A stretch of 63,741 nt of DNA, filler included, from Olpidium bornovanus S191 (taxonomy: Eukaryota; Fungi; Olpidiomycota), in NCBI GenBank assembly GCA_017911155.1. It is 21 parts of 21 records of this genome, joined end to end, with 100 filler letters (N's around TTAATTAATTAA, not from the genome) between each part and the next. Parts side by side here need not be neighbours in the genome. Positions count along the whole stretch, not along the records: positions 23,143 to 26,072 come from JAEFCI010001496.1; positions 26,173 to 27,291 come from JAEFCI010011033.1; positions 27,392 to 28,737 come from JAEFCI010012317.1; positions 28,838 to 31,438 come from JAEFCI010002530.1; positions 31,539 to 34,251 come from JAEFCI010007841.1; positions 34,352 to 36,570 come from JAEFCI010002849.1; 15 more parts are not named here. One strand, given 5' to 3'. The notes under the pieces were generated by a model. That model did no database searches and was not told the origin of the DNA. It saw only the letters and a program-made list of their open reading frames with translations. Below, piece by piece: positions 23,241 to 35,014 of the stretch; the stretch's first letter is position 1, and every line of letters begins with the position of its first letter. Both the position numbers and the translations under genes were made by a program.

Positions 23241-24153
23241 CCTTGATCGAACGGTGGCGACCTTCTCGCCGCTGACGCTCCTGCGAACCGCGGCGCCCGC
23301 GTCCGCATCGGCGATCATCGCCCTGGTAGCGGCGAGGTCCGCCTCCCGCCGTTCTTTCTGGGAGGCTTCCGTCACCCTCGGGCCGGACCCCAGGCCGGAC
23401 AGGTTCAGGTTCAGCAGAGTCGCCCGCCCGGGTGCCGCCTGCACCTCTTGCAGGACGGCCTCTTCCCGCGCCCGGTGCCTGGCCTGCGCCTTCTCCTTCG
23501 CGGACATCCACCGCGTGTCCGGCAGGTACGCCGACGGGGCGAATTCGGAGGCTTGGTCTGTGCGCGCCGTTCGACAAAAGAAGCACGGCGGCGCCCTTGT
23601 CTTCCTTAGAAACCACCACCAGGTCCGTATTACGACACCCCCCCCCTTCCTCCCCCGCGAGAGATCCGCCTGCTCAAGCGACTTGGGCCTCCTCCTCCTC
23701 CTCCTCCTCCCTTCCTCCTCCTCCTCCTCCCCTCGCGCCACGCCGCACGCGCACCGACCTCTAATACGGGTCCTCCGCTCGGCATCCCGGTCATATCCGA
23801 GCAACTTCTCCTTGTGCAAGACGGCGAGAGAGATTCCTTCCTCGACGAGCGCGCCAGCAGGGAACCCGCCGCCTTCCGCATCCTGGCGCCGGTGCACCCT
23901 CGCCATCGCCTCGTCGGCCAGAGACAGCTGCTGTTCCGCGGACACGACCGGCGTTTTGCAAAAGAAGCACGGGCCGTAGCCCTCCTCTTCGCAAGCGATG
24001 CGGCCACACGTCAAGCAGTTCAGGAACAGCGGGTGCGCCGTCGCTGGATTGGGTTTTTGGGGAAAACCCGGGTCGAGCAAAAAAAAAAAGCAAAAAAAAG
24101 TAAAGAAAAGGCGACCGTCTGTGAGACGCCGCCAACGGCCTGGAGGGAAAAGC

Positions 24154-24184
<31 letters not shown>

Positions 24185-25087
24185 GGGGGGAAAGCGAAAA
24201 AAAAAAACCAAAAAGGAATGCCCCCCGACCAGACCGTAGCAGCCGCAGAGTTTCCGCCCTTCGCGTCCTTTGGCGAGAGCCTGCTCCTTCTCCAACCGCC
24301 GGCGCTCCGCCTTGGCATATCTCCGCGACTGGCGGCGCTCTTCGCCGAGGCTCGCCCCTTCCGGCGGCGGCGGAGGAGGGGACGACTCCCGGTCGGCAGC
24401 GACGTCGTCGCCGGGCGCGGACGCGCTTCCGTCTCCGGTCGACCTGAAAAAGCGCGGCGCGGTGGGCCCGGCCGGGGACGTCAGGGAAGACTGAGGCTTT
24501 TTCCCCCCCTTTTATCGCCGCGCGGTAAAGCGGCGGTGGGGGGGGGAGGGGGGAAAAAAAACCGACCTCGGGGACTGTTCGTCGACGCGGACGCTCTTGC
24601 GGTCCCCGCCGGCGGCGACCGCCGCGCCGGTCTCGGGCCGGCCGACTTCCTTGCGGTCGGGCGTCACCTGCCGCCGGCCGGCGTGCGGCGAGCCGTCGCC
24701 CGGGTCGCGTCCGCCGCCGCCGCCCCCTTCCCCTGTTCCTCGCCCCCGTCCTCCTCCTCCTCCTGCTCCTCTCCGCCCGCCCCGGCCCCTGCCGCCGGCG
24801 TTCGAGACGAGCACGACGTTCCCCCGCTGCCCGTCCGCGAGGGGGAACGCGGGGCCGGCGCCGCCGGCGAACCTCCTGGCGGCGAGCTCGTCGGCGAACC
24901 GCCGCGCCCTCTCCGACGCGCCCGTGAGCTCCACCACGGCCTGGCGGAGCTCTCCCGGCCCCTCGGCGGCGAGCAGGCGGGGCACCACGCCGGCCGCGGC
25001 CAGCGCCGCCCTGTCGAACCCCAGGCCCAGGCCCAGCAGCTGGTCCTCCGCCCACTGCGCGAGCAGGTGGTGGCGCTGCCGCGCCAT
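23241..25087 (-). CDS. RQT4: TRIP4/ASC-1 (Rqt4) zf-C2HC5 protein, 3' truncated
   Basis: Spliced RKLCGCY|ATAHPLFLNCLTCGRIACEEEGYGPCFFC zinc finger, followed by A..HKEKLLGYDRDAERRTRI|.DQASEF. Confidence 0.85.
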
Positions 25088-26172
25088 CTTCTTTCCTCCG
25101 CGGTGGAGTGGGGCGGGGGTCGGCGGGCTGCGTCGGAACTTTCGGCGCGAGAAGGGGAGAACGCTTTTGCGTGGCGGGTCGCCTTTTTCCGTCGCTGGCA
25201 GTCACGTGATCAGCAACGCCCTTTGCACTGCTCGCGTTCGCCGCCCGTTCTCTCATCCCCCGCCCCATTTTTTTTTTTTCTTTTCCTGACGGTGGTCACG
25301 CGCGTTTCCCGCCGAAGATTAAGAAAAAGGCGACGCGGGATCTTGCCCGGCCGAACAGGAGGTGGGAGCGAGCGCGGCCGGCGAAGCGGACAAAGCCGGG
25401 ACGGACGATGCCGCGGCACACGGCCGCCGACTCCGTGCGCCGGGGACGGCTCTGCTGCTCTCTCGCAGGGAAGGCGGGAGGCGACATGCTGCGCTTCCGA
25501 GCCGGCGGTGATCCACGGCGCGGGACAATTTTCAACGTGGGAGGAAAAGGCAGCCCGGGTCGCGGCTGCTCGGGCACACAGACGCCCGCCCGTGCGGGTG
25601 GACTTGTTACCCCTATTACCCACACGAGCATTTTTTTTTTTTTTTGGGTGGGGGAAGGTTTTCGTATACGTGCCAAAAAAAGAAAGGCGTCTAGGTAGTC
25701 GCACTTTGTCAGGTGTGTGCCGGTCGCTTCCGGTCCGCACGTCGGCCGCGCCTTGGTGATGACGAACCAAGAGCAGGTTTGCGCCGGCGTGGAAGAGCTT
25801 GTCGGCGACGTCGGCCGCGAGCGAGCTCTCCGCCTTTTTCCGAGTGACGCTCCGACTAATGCCGGAGGGCAGCCGCCTTTGCCGGGGCCAGGAGCCCGGC
25901 GCTTCGCACTAGGCTTCCCAGAGCGTCCTCTTGCCGCCCGCTCGACCATTCCAATGGTGACTCCCGGCGGCGCGAGCGGCCGGACCTGTCGAAGGGGGAG
26001 GCGCGCCCGGCGGCTCGGCCAGAACGGCGCGTCGGGAGCGGCGGTCGCCGTGCCCGCCCGGCGCGGGGGGGGNNNNNNNNNNNNNNNNNNNNNNNNNNNN
26101 NNNNNNNNNNNNNNNNTTAATTAATTAANNNNNNNNNNNNNNNNNNNNNNNNNNNNNNNNNNNNNNNNNNNN

Positions 26173-26203
<31 letters not shown>

Positions 26204-26204
26204 C

Positions 26205-27172
26205 CCGCGGCGGAAAGTCCGTACAAGAACAACACCGTCGCGGTCCTCGTCGAGCGGCGGGACACCGAAGAGCTGCTCCCGATCTTCATGCACTACGTCG
26301 GGAACCTGCCGGGCTGGAACTTCCACGTTTTCCACTCGGACCAGAACCGGGCCCGGTTCGCGGGGTCGCCGACGGTCAGGCGGATGATCGCCGCCGGCCG
26401 GCTGCGCATGACCAGGATCCCGGACGACTCCCCGCTGCGAAGCCACGCGAGTGCGTGCCGGACCGGGGCTGGAACGGGGGCGCGGGGTTGGGGGGTTGGG
26501 GGTTCGCGTGGATCAAATGCTCTTCCCGTCGCCGTTGCCCTTTCGCTGACGGACATAAATGTTCCTTGCCGCCGGCTTCCCCCTCCCCACACACACACAC
26601 ACACACACACGCACGCACGCGCGCGCGCGCACACACACACACACACACAACAAATATCGTCAGGCGTGTCCCAGTTCCTGACCGACCCGTGGTTCTGGAA
26701 CTCGATCAAGGAGGAGCACGTCATGATCTTCCAGCTGGACGCGATCCTCTGTTCCAACCGGGACCGGAACGTCGACGACTACCTTCACTACGATTTCATC
26801 GGGGGCCCGTTCCGGCACGGCAGCGTCCATTACAACGGCGGCCTGTCGCTGCGGCGGCGGTCCAAGGTGCTGGCCGCGCTGGCCGCCCACGACCTTTCGA
26901 CCAAGGTGTGGGCGGGCGACTTCGAGGACCAGTGGTTCTCGCGGACGCTGGCCGGCATGCCAGGCGCGTGCTTGCCGTCCCCGCGCGTGGCCGGCGAGTT
27001 CAGCGTCGACCTCGAGTGGTACCCGGCGCCCCTGGGCGGCCACCAGGTGTGGAGGTGGCACCCGCCGGAGAAGCTGCGCGAGTTCGAGGCGACCTGCCCG
27101 GAGATGCGCATGATAACCAACCGGAAGCACATGTGGCGGAACGGTTCGCCCGGGTGGGACGGGAGCATCTGA
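26205..27172 (+). CDS. DUF5672 family protein (putative glycosyltransferase-like), intron 26451-26663, 5' truncated
   Basis: VAVLVERR, FW..I.EEHVMIFQLDAILC, DDYLHYDFIGGP, NGGLSLRRRS, EDQWFS and PLGGHQ. Confidence 0.78.
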
Positions 27173-27237
27173 GCGGCAAAGCAGGGGTGGGCGTGAATCA
27201 CGGCGGCGGCGGCGGGGGGGGGGGGGGGGGGGGGGGG

Positions 27238-27291
<54 letters not shown>

Positions 27292-27863
27292 NNNNNNNNN
27301 NNNNNNNNNNNNNNNNNNNNNNNNNNNNNNNNNNNTTAATTAATTAANNNNNNNNNNNNNNNNNNNNNNNNNNNNNNNNNNNNNNNNNNNNACTTTTTGC
27401 CACCGGAAGAGGCCATTGCGTCCCTTGGCCAAAACAGAAAAAAAAACAAAAAAAAAAAGAAAAATCAGGCAGGACACGTTGACATTCTACTGCCAAGCGC
27501 CCGCCCGTCATGAAAAACAAGGATCAGCTTTTAAACGTAGGCGCGCGACAAGGTCAAAAACACAAAACCCCTGCGGATACTGAACGGCCGCGGCGTTTTT
27601 CATCGAATAGAGACAACGCGGTAAGTTTGCCCTGAGTAAAAGAGGTGATCGGGCCGGGGTATACACGAAAAAAAAAGAAAAAAAAACTGATATTGTTTGG
27701 CCTGGCGTCTCCGCGCGGGCTCTCTGCGGGCCGGAGCAACCTTCAAAAGCAATTCGTGAAATCGCTGAAAATCAGCCGCCCCCTCCCCCCCTTTTTTTTC
27801 ATTTTTTGCTTTTGCGTTGCGGATGCTCCTCACTTATTTTTCAGGGCTCACAAACCTTTCTCG

Positions 27864-28737
27864 TCATCTGAACAAGATGAGATCCCTCCCGAGAAGCATC
27901 CTGGCCTGTTCGCGGAAAATCCGTTCGCGGCCCTGCGCCCGGGATTCGGCCGTCCGCCGGTGCGGCGGAGGGCCCGGGCCGTCGTCGTCGTCGCCCGCGA
28001 CTTTCCTCCGGCGGCGGCGGAGAAGATCCCCGCTTTCCGGAGACGTCGCCCACGACGGCGGCGGCGGCGGCGGCGGCGGAGATCCTCCGCCGTCAGAATC
28101 GTCTTCGGCGCGGCGGCCCCTCTTGTTACGCGACACGGGATTTGCGGTGCCGCCGGCCGCTGCGGATCTGGCTTGCGGACACCCGGCGGCCGGGCAGATC
28201 GCCTTGTCCGGCCGCCTGCCAATGGCGGCGGCGGCGGCGGCGGCGGCTGCTGCGGTTGCGGTTGCGTCGAGAGCCAGGCCCGCCATCGCGCCGACCAGCA
28301 GGTCCGGGCCGTTCTGGGCGACGGCGGCTTTCTCTTTGGCTTGCGGGCACCCGGCAGCCGGGCAGATCGCCTTGTCCGGCCGCCTGCCAGTGGCGGCAGC
28401 GGCGGCGGCGGCGGCGGTTGCGACGAGAGCCAGTCCCGCCACCGCGCCGACCAACAGGTCCGGGCCGCTCTGGGCGGCGGCGGCTTTTTCTCCGGAAGCC
28501 GGCGCCGCGCCGGCGCCCTCGCCGGCCTCGCCTCGCCCGGCTCCCCCGTTCTCGCCGGCGTCCGTTCCCCTCCCAGGAACGACGACGACGCCGGCCCCGC
28601 CCCTCCCCGCGCTCCTCGACGAGGAGGAGGAGGCGGAGGAGAAACAATCTCCTCGTGCGCAGCCGCCGCCCCTGGGCGTCAGCGGCGAGCACCCCGGCGA
28701 CGGCGACGACGCGGGCGGGTACTGCTGCTGGTGGCGG
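27864..28737 (-). CDS. Hypothetical low-complexity protein fragment with an internal 56-aa duplication
   Basis: Frame is open from the contig end and carries two copies of EKAA.AQ.GPDLLVGA.AGLAL.ATA(n).GRRPDKAICPAAGCPQA. Confidence 0.45.
28169..28490. repeat. About 168-bp tandem duplication differing in GCG-run length
   Basis: Copies begin TGGCTTGCGG at about 28169 and about 28337. Confidence 0.9.
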
Positions 28738-28854
28738 NNNNNNNNNNNNNNNNNNNNNNNNNNNNNNNNNNNNNNNNNNNNTTAATTAATTAANNNNNNN
28801 NNNNNNNNNNNNNNNNNNNNNNNNNNNNNNNNNNNNNAGACGGGCACCCATTGG

Positions 28855-28960
28855 CTGAAACCCGTACCCATACCCGACCTCTGTTGCTCAAACCCGTTAC
28901 CCGTACCCACGGGTAAACCCCACGGGTTTTATCCGCGGGTTCGGGTACGGATAAGAACCT
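28855..28960. mobile_element. Second hAT-like (ACCCGT/ACGGGT) subterminal motif cluster
   Basis: AAACCCGTACCCATACCCGACC...ACCCGTACCCACGGGT...GGGTTCGGGTACGG at a contig start, the same motif family as 4145-4270. Confidence 0.42.
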
Positions 28961-29614
28961 TATGCCGGCAGATAAAAGCTCGGCAAGGAGAAGCTTTCCC
29001 CCCCCTCCCCCTTCCCCCTCCCCCTCTCCGAACGGCGGGCTTAATACACGATTACTTTAGTGTAAACTCAGGGGAATAAATCTTATTAGGTATCTAATTA
29101 TAGTATCCTATTAATTGTAAATGATATCCGTCGCGCCCGGGTCCGCGAGACCTGGTTTGTTTGTTTTTTTTTCCCCCTTGGAGGCGGGGCCGGTGCTTGA
29201 TGACGTTGATCGCTTTGAGGCCAAAAAAAAAAAAAAAAAACGACCGGCTGAACGCGGGTTTTCCAGGTCGAGGGACACGGAAGATGTGGCGAACGCCCTT
29301 TTTGTGTCATCCTCCTCCAGTTGGTAAATTGGGGCGTTCTGCACAGAGAAAGCGTCTGCTTTTCACTCTCGCGCAGGCCCGCACGGGCGAAAACGGAAAG
29401 GGGGGGGGGGGGGAATCGGATCGGAAATCTGATATTATTTTTTTGTTTTGTTTGTTTTTTTTTTGCTTTCTCGCGTGAGGCAAGAGAGGAGAGGAGAGGT
29501 TGTGGTGGTTGGTGGGTGGGTGGGTGAAGGGTTGCGAGAGCGCGCGTGCGTGCGTGGCGAACGTGAAAAAACAGCGGCACTGTTGCGCGCGTTTGCGGGT
29601 GGGATTCTCCTTTA

Positions 29615-29768
29615 TCTTTTCTCTCTGTGTTCTCTCTCTGCTCTCTCTCTCTCTCTCTGCTCTCTCTCTCACCAAAGAACCACGTCCAGTTATGCGCATA
29701 AAAAAGCAGTACAAAAAGTGGTACAGACAGCTGTTCTATTATTGTTTTTCGTTTTTCGTTTTTTTTTT

Positions 29769-29808
<40 letters not shown>

Positions 29809-30071
29809 GTGGGGTGGCGGGGGAAGCAGCGGGTGAAGCGCGCGTTTTCGAGGGAGAAAAAGAAGAAAGAGAAAGGAGGAAATCAGAGAAAGATCGAGAG
29901 AGAAGACAGAGAGAGAGAGAGAAGAGAGAGAGAGACCGCGACCCCGGCCTGGCCTGGTGGGCAGGGGGGAAGACCCCCCACGCCCCGCAGAAAAAAAAGA
30001 AAATTAAAAAAAGAAAAATTTCTCTTCCCTGTCGGCCGTGTGAGAGAGAACGAGAGAGAGACAGAAGAGAG

Positions 30072-30110
<39 letters not shown>
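29615..30110. repeat. (CT)n/(T)n/(GA)n tracts upstream of CotH
   Basis: Directly visible microsatellite and homopolymer runs. Confidence 0.88.
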
Positions 30111-30277
30111 CCTGCGTCAGGCCAACGCGAGAGGAAGCGGGAGAAAGGAGCTGCCTCTCCATCTCTGTCTTTTCCCGGGTTCTACGACCTCCCACCGCCC
30201 CCGGCCGTCGGCCGCGGGCGCGGCTCGCGCGCGGCTTTTTCCGGGAGAGCGAAGACCACCAGAAGGGAAAAGCAGAG

Positions 30278-31438
30278 ATGGTCACCTCGGCGGGAGGCGC
30301 GCCGTTCCTGCTGATCCTGCTGGTCGCGTCGTCGGCGACCGCAGCCGACGTCACCTTCCGGGTGGTGTCGCCGGATGGGGCGCCCTCTGTCTCCGTGAAC
30401 GGCGGCTCGCCGCAGCCTATGACGCGGTCGGCGGTGGCGTCGGCCGGGGCGGCGGGGACGTGGCCGGTGGCGGTGGCGGGCGCGCCGTACTACACGGCGA
30501 CGGTCGCCGGCGCGCCCGACGGCGGCTTCAAGTACAAGTACGCGGTGGGTCCCGCGGCGGAGGGCTTCGACAGGGACTTCCCCCCGGGCGGCGGCACTCG
30601 CCAGACGCAAAACGACTTCTACGGCCGGCAGGCCACGGTCTCGAAGCTGCCGAACTTGCCGCTCGCCTTCGGGGACGCGTGGCCCAGGACCTGGGGCCTC
30701 ACCCCGGCGTTCGACGACTCGTACATCCCCACCATCTATTTGTCCGGCGACCAGGCGCAGATCGACGCCGTGCTCGCCGCCGCCCCCGCCGCCACGGCGA
30801 CCGTCACCATGCTCGCGGTGTTCAAGGACGAGGCTCTCGCGTATCCCGTGGGTCCGCGAAACGCTTTGCGCCTGAAACACGGATGCGCAACAAGGGGGAG
30901 GGGGGGTGCCGATGAGGGGGAAGGGTGGGGCGGGGGAGGGAAGGGGTGAGGTGGGGTGGGGTGGAACGCTCGGGGAAGCGGGAAACGTCGCAGAAGTTGG
31001 ACCTCACCCCGTGCTGACTGCTTCTTCGGTTTCCTGCGCCTCGTTAGGACACCACGTTTAAGATGACCGGACTCGGCCGGAAAACGGTGTATGCCAAAAG
31101 AGATTTCAAATTGGAGCTTGCGCAGAAGGTCAACCTGTACGGTCGTGACGACTGGATCCTGAGGTACAGGAGACGCGATTCTTTTTTTCCCTCTGAATTT
31201 TCGGGGACGCGGCGCTGACGCGCGCGCCGGTCGGCCCCCTCCACCACGTGGCAAGGTCGACGGAAACGGATCCTACCGCGCTGCGAGAAGCGACTTACTC
31301 TGTGGGTTTGGCCGCTGCGTGATTCAAAAAAGAATGTTGTCTACCGAGTGAAATTCTCGTCGCCTACCACGTTCCCATCTTTTTGTGCGCAGGCGCTGTT
31401 GGCGGCGGCCGGCCTTCCCGCTCCGAGGATGAACCATG
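30278..31438 (+). CDS. cotH: CotH-family secreted kinase (Mucorales spore-coat/invasin type), exons 30278-30847, 31048-31163, 31256-31301 and 31393 to contig end, 3' truncated
   Basis: Signal peptide, then DVTFRVVSP..SVSVNG, PYYTAT, YKY...EGFDR, TQNDFYGR..TVSKLP.LP, AFDDSYIPTIY, |DTTFKMTGLGRK..YAKRDF, R|STETDPTALRE..YS|ALL. This is collinear, from memory, with Rhizopus CotH (FNVIAP, NDFYNRP, FDDNYIPS, KQSW, EDPTQIRE). Confidence 0.88.
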
Positions 31439-31559
31439 NNNNNNNNNNNNNNNNNNNNNNNNNNNNNNNNNNNNNNNNNNNNTTAATTAATTAANNNNNN
31501 NNNNNNNNNNNNNNNNNNNNNNNNNNNNNNNNNNNNNNATTATTGTTGTTCCGTCACGG

Positions 31560-33260
31560 AATTCGCGGGGGAGGCAAAATTTTGCAGAACCGTCCCGCAA
31601 ATCTTTCCGACGTCGCTCGAGACGCACTTGTGAGGTCCGCCGCAAGGCGCTCTGAAGTCGACGATGGGCCGGGGGCAGCGGCGGCGGCGGCGGCGGCGGC
31701 GGAAGGCGCTTTGTACGGCGGATCGCCCGGCGACAGCGGCGTGGTTCCCGGAGACTCATCGCTTTCGAGGCCCATCTCCAACGTCGGGGATGACGCCATT
31801 TGTGCAGACCTCCTCGCCTTCTTCTTTTTCGAACGAACGCCGCCACGGCTGTCGGCGTACGTGGCCGCTTCGTTAAGCTTGTCGAGCACTGCGCCAGCCG
31901 AGCGACAACAACAAAAAAAAAAATTAAAAAATAAAAAGAAAGGAAAAGTGAGGAAAGCGCGAGAAGAAAGAGAAGAAACGAAACAAAAAAAGTAAGGCCC
32001 CCGTCCACCGCGCTTCGCGCAAGCAGTAAAGTCATTTCCGGTTTTGCGAAAGGCGTCTCTCTCAAACAGGACGGCTGTCTGTGCGTGGCTTCTGTTAACA
32101 AATTGAGCGCAAACCTTTCAAGGCATATTTGTTCTCCTTCAGGCGATCTTTTGCGGGTTTCCATTGCAAATTGCGGTGCGGTCAGCCGGCGCTCCGGATA
32201 TTATTTCGCCTGCGCGGGCAATCCGACAATTGCATTGGTCCTTTTTGTCCGACAACCTGCCTACCTTCGTACGCTGTTTGATGAAACCGGATCGCTGGGG
32301 ATGGTTTGTGGGGGAGTGGGAAGAAAAGTGGCGTGGTTTCAAACCCGAAATAGTCAAACTCCGGGGTGTTTGCACGGGCCGGGGAAGATATTCCGTTTTT
32401 TTTTTTTTTTTTTTTTTGTTGACTCGCCTTACATATCATCTGGAGGAAGAACTTTTCGATGCACACGATTACGGCGAAGCAGCACGCGCACACTAGGATC
32501 CGGAATATCGTGCGGAACAGCAGCTCTCCCGTCGGACTGTCGTTCGAACTGTCCCAATCGGCCACGCTCCTTCTGCATTTGGCGCAGGTCGCCAGGTCCG
32601 CGTACGGCCGGAACGAAAAGGCCAGGGCGAAGCCCGCTATCGCCCAGGCGGTGATAAAGACGGCTTTGATCTGGTTGCGCATCGCCGAATACCACTGCGG
32701 CCCACAACAAAAAAAAAAAAAAAAAAAAAAAAAAGGAAAAAAGTTTAGACCGGGGCCCGCGCAACCAGAAAAACCTTCCGGGCACAAACAAACGCCGTTG
32801 AACCTCCACCCTCTGCCCCAACCAGCTCCGGCGCTTCTCACCTGCAGCCTGGTCTGCAGCCTCTCGCTCACCAACCCCAGAAACAGCTGGCTCCCCCACG
32901 CGACGAAGCCGGGTGTCGCTTCGACGAAGAAATGGGTCATCAGGGCGATGGCCCACAGCCCGGAAAGCCAGAAGAAGAAACATATTATGTCCGCTCTCAG
33001 GAGCTGGTCCACCTTCGCGCTGTTGCGCGTGATGATGAGCACGATTGCCGGGGCCGCCAGGATGGGCGAAACGAGGCCGATGGACACGACCAGCCCCACG
33101 CCCTGGACGATGCGGCGCTTGGCGCTGCGGATCGCGCTCGGCTGGCGGTCCGCATCGGGTTCGAGACCCGCCGCGTCGTGAAATTCTTCGTCGGCAGGTT
33201 CCGCCGAACTGGCGTGGGGGGGGGGGGGGGGGGGGGAGGGGAGACAAAAACAAGGGGGTT
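31560..33260 (-). CDS. MscS-like mechanosensitive channel (fungal Msy1/Msy2 type), partial
   Basis: Several TM helices, then spliced IEKFFLQMI|AIRFHQTAYE|DRLKENKYALK|VLDKLNE, the conserved fungal MscS segment before the EF-hand region. Confidence 0.8.
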
Positions 33261-34351
33261 GTGCGTGTGCGTCAGCGTCGGACGATCGCAGCCCAGAAAA
33301 GAGAGTAGCCCGCTCTCGACTTGCGCGGGGGGTGACCTGGGATTTCCATTTTCCGTGTACTCCGGGGAGTCGCTCTCGCGGCGGTGTTTCGCGGCGGTGC
33401 GCTCGACCATTTCGCGCTCGTGGCGGCGCCGCTTTTCCCCCGCCGGGGGGGGGGGGGGGGGGGGTCAAAGATTGAAAAGATCGCGCAAAAACGGAACAGT
33501 CAGCGGGGACTCGACAGCAGCGGGGCGGACGGCTCCGTCCGGCTGGAATTTTCCGCCAAGTTGCGTGGCCCCGCTCCCCCGTTCCGTACCTTTTCTTGCA
33601 GGATTTTTTGAGAAAAACGGTCCTAAGCGCACCCTGCTGGTTTTTTGTTGGAGGGTCCGCCAAGCGGGGCGGGACGGAGATGTGGTCGCATTTCAGCGGG
33701 TAGTCCTCTACGGCCGGCCATTGACGGGATATTTTCCGTTTGCACGGGGGGGGGGAAGTGGGGGGTTAATGGCCAAGGGGGCGGCCGCGTCCTATTGTTC
33801 AGCGGCGGCCCGCGCATTGGAAATTTTCGCCCTCTCCGATTCCTTTTACCGACGGGGTGATTTTCTTTTTCAATTTTTTTTTTTATAATTTGTTTCCAGA
33901 GTGTTTTGAAAAAGGCGAGAAAAAGGTTGTCTCGGGAACGCAGAGGGAATTGAAGCTGCGGTGTGGGGGGGCCACCTCTCAGCCTACGTAAACTCGGACC
34001 TTCGCTACCCTAACAGGTGGCGACGGGCACGTGCCGGTTCGCGGAATCACCGGTGCGCCCGTCTGGCTCTCCCTGCCTGTCAAACGCGAGCGTTGCCCTG
34101 GTATCACTTAGACCGAACTGAGAAGTTTTTTTCCCACCCACCCCCCTGCCGTTGTTGGAAGGCTTCTGCGCCCAAGTGCTTTGAAAACGAGCGGGAGGGA
34201 GGGAGTGGAGGGGGGGGGGGGGGGGGGGGGGGGGGCCCCCCCCGGGGGGAANNNNNNNNNNNNNNNNNNNNNNNNNNNNNNNNNNNNNNNNNNNNTTAAT
34301 TAATTAANNNNNNNNNNNNNNNNNNNNNNNNNNNNNNNNNNNNNNNNNNNN

Positions 34352-34943
34352 ACGTGGAGGTCACGCTGGAGGCCTCCTGAGATGCCTTGCTTATAGGCAA
34401 AAAATTTGTCAGCCTCCGTTAGGTCAGGGAGCAGGAGGACCAGCTGGTGGGACTCTTCCGTGTACAGCCATGTGGAGCTAACTTGTTGCAGCATCGCGAA
34501 CTTTTTGTGCGTGTTCTCCTCCTCGAGGTGGTCGCCCATTAACAGAGGAAATGTCGGCGGAATTTGGTAAAGCTCAATATTGAACTGGCCAGGCTCTGGT
34601 ATGATGCTGCGGCTTTGTCAGAAACTAACTCGCCGACTGTGACGACTTGCACGGCAGACTTGAGGCAGGCATAGTCGATGTACCGCTGGACCTGCACCAG
34701 GAAGCTACACACATTATGCAGGGTGCAGTTCTGCCTGGTGACCAGCTGCAGCTTGTTGCGTATGAACTTTGCGACAGAGCAGTCAGACTCTGAGGGTGTG
34801 TGAGCAGATGCCTCTGCGGCAGTGGTGGCCACATACGCTGTCTGCAGCAATTCGTTGCGTTGCGTGGTGGCCTCTGCCAGACGCGATTCCAGTTGGCGGA
34901 TTGCCACCTGGCAGTCTGCCTCTGTCTGCAGGAGGTCGGTCAT
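34352..34943 (-). pseudogene. Decayed Ty3/gypsy-like gag (CpG-depleted copy)
   Basis: Homologous to 21193-21514, with a stop and frameshift, followed by KFAMLQQ...YTEE.HQLVLLLPDLTEADKFFAYKQGIS. Confidence 0.78.
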
Positions 34944-34999
34944 GCGGCGAAGGCAACGGGTGAAGACGGGTTGGTTTGGTCCATGTCAGACAGAGGGAA

Positions 35000-35013
35000 A
35001 GGCGTTGCTACCA
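35000..35013 (-). promoter_or_regulatory. Primer-binding site TGGTAGCAACGCCT
   Basis: Identical to 21171-21184 and lies one base after an LTR-like ...GTCA end. Confidence 0.68.
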
Positions 35014-35014
35014 T

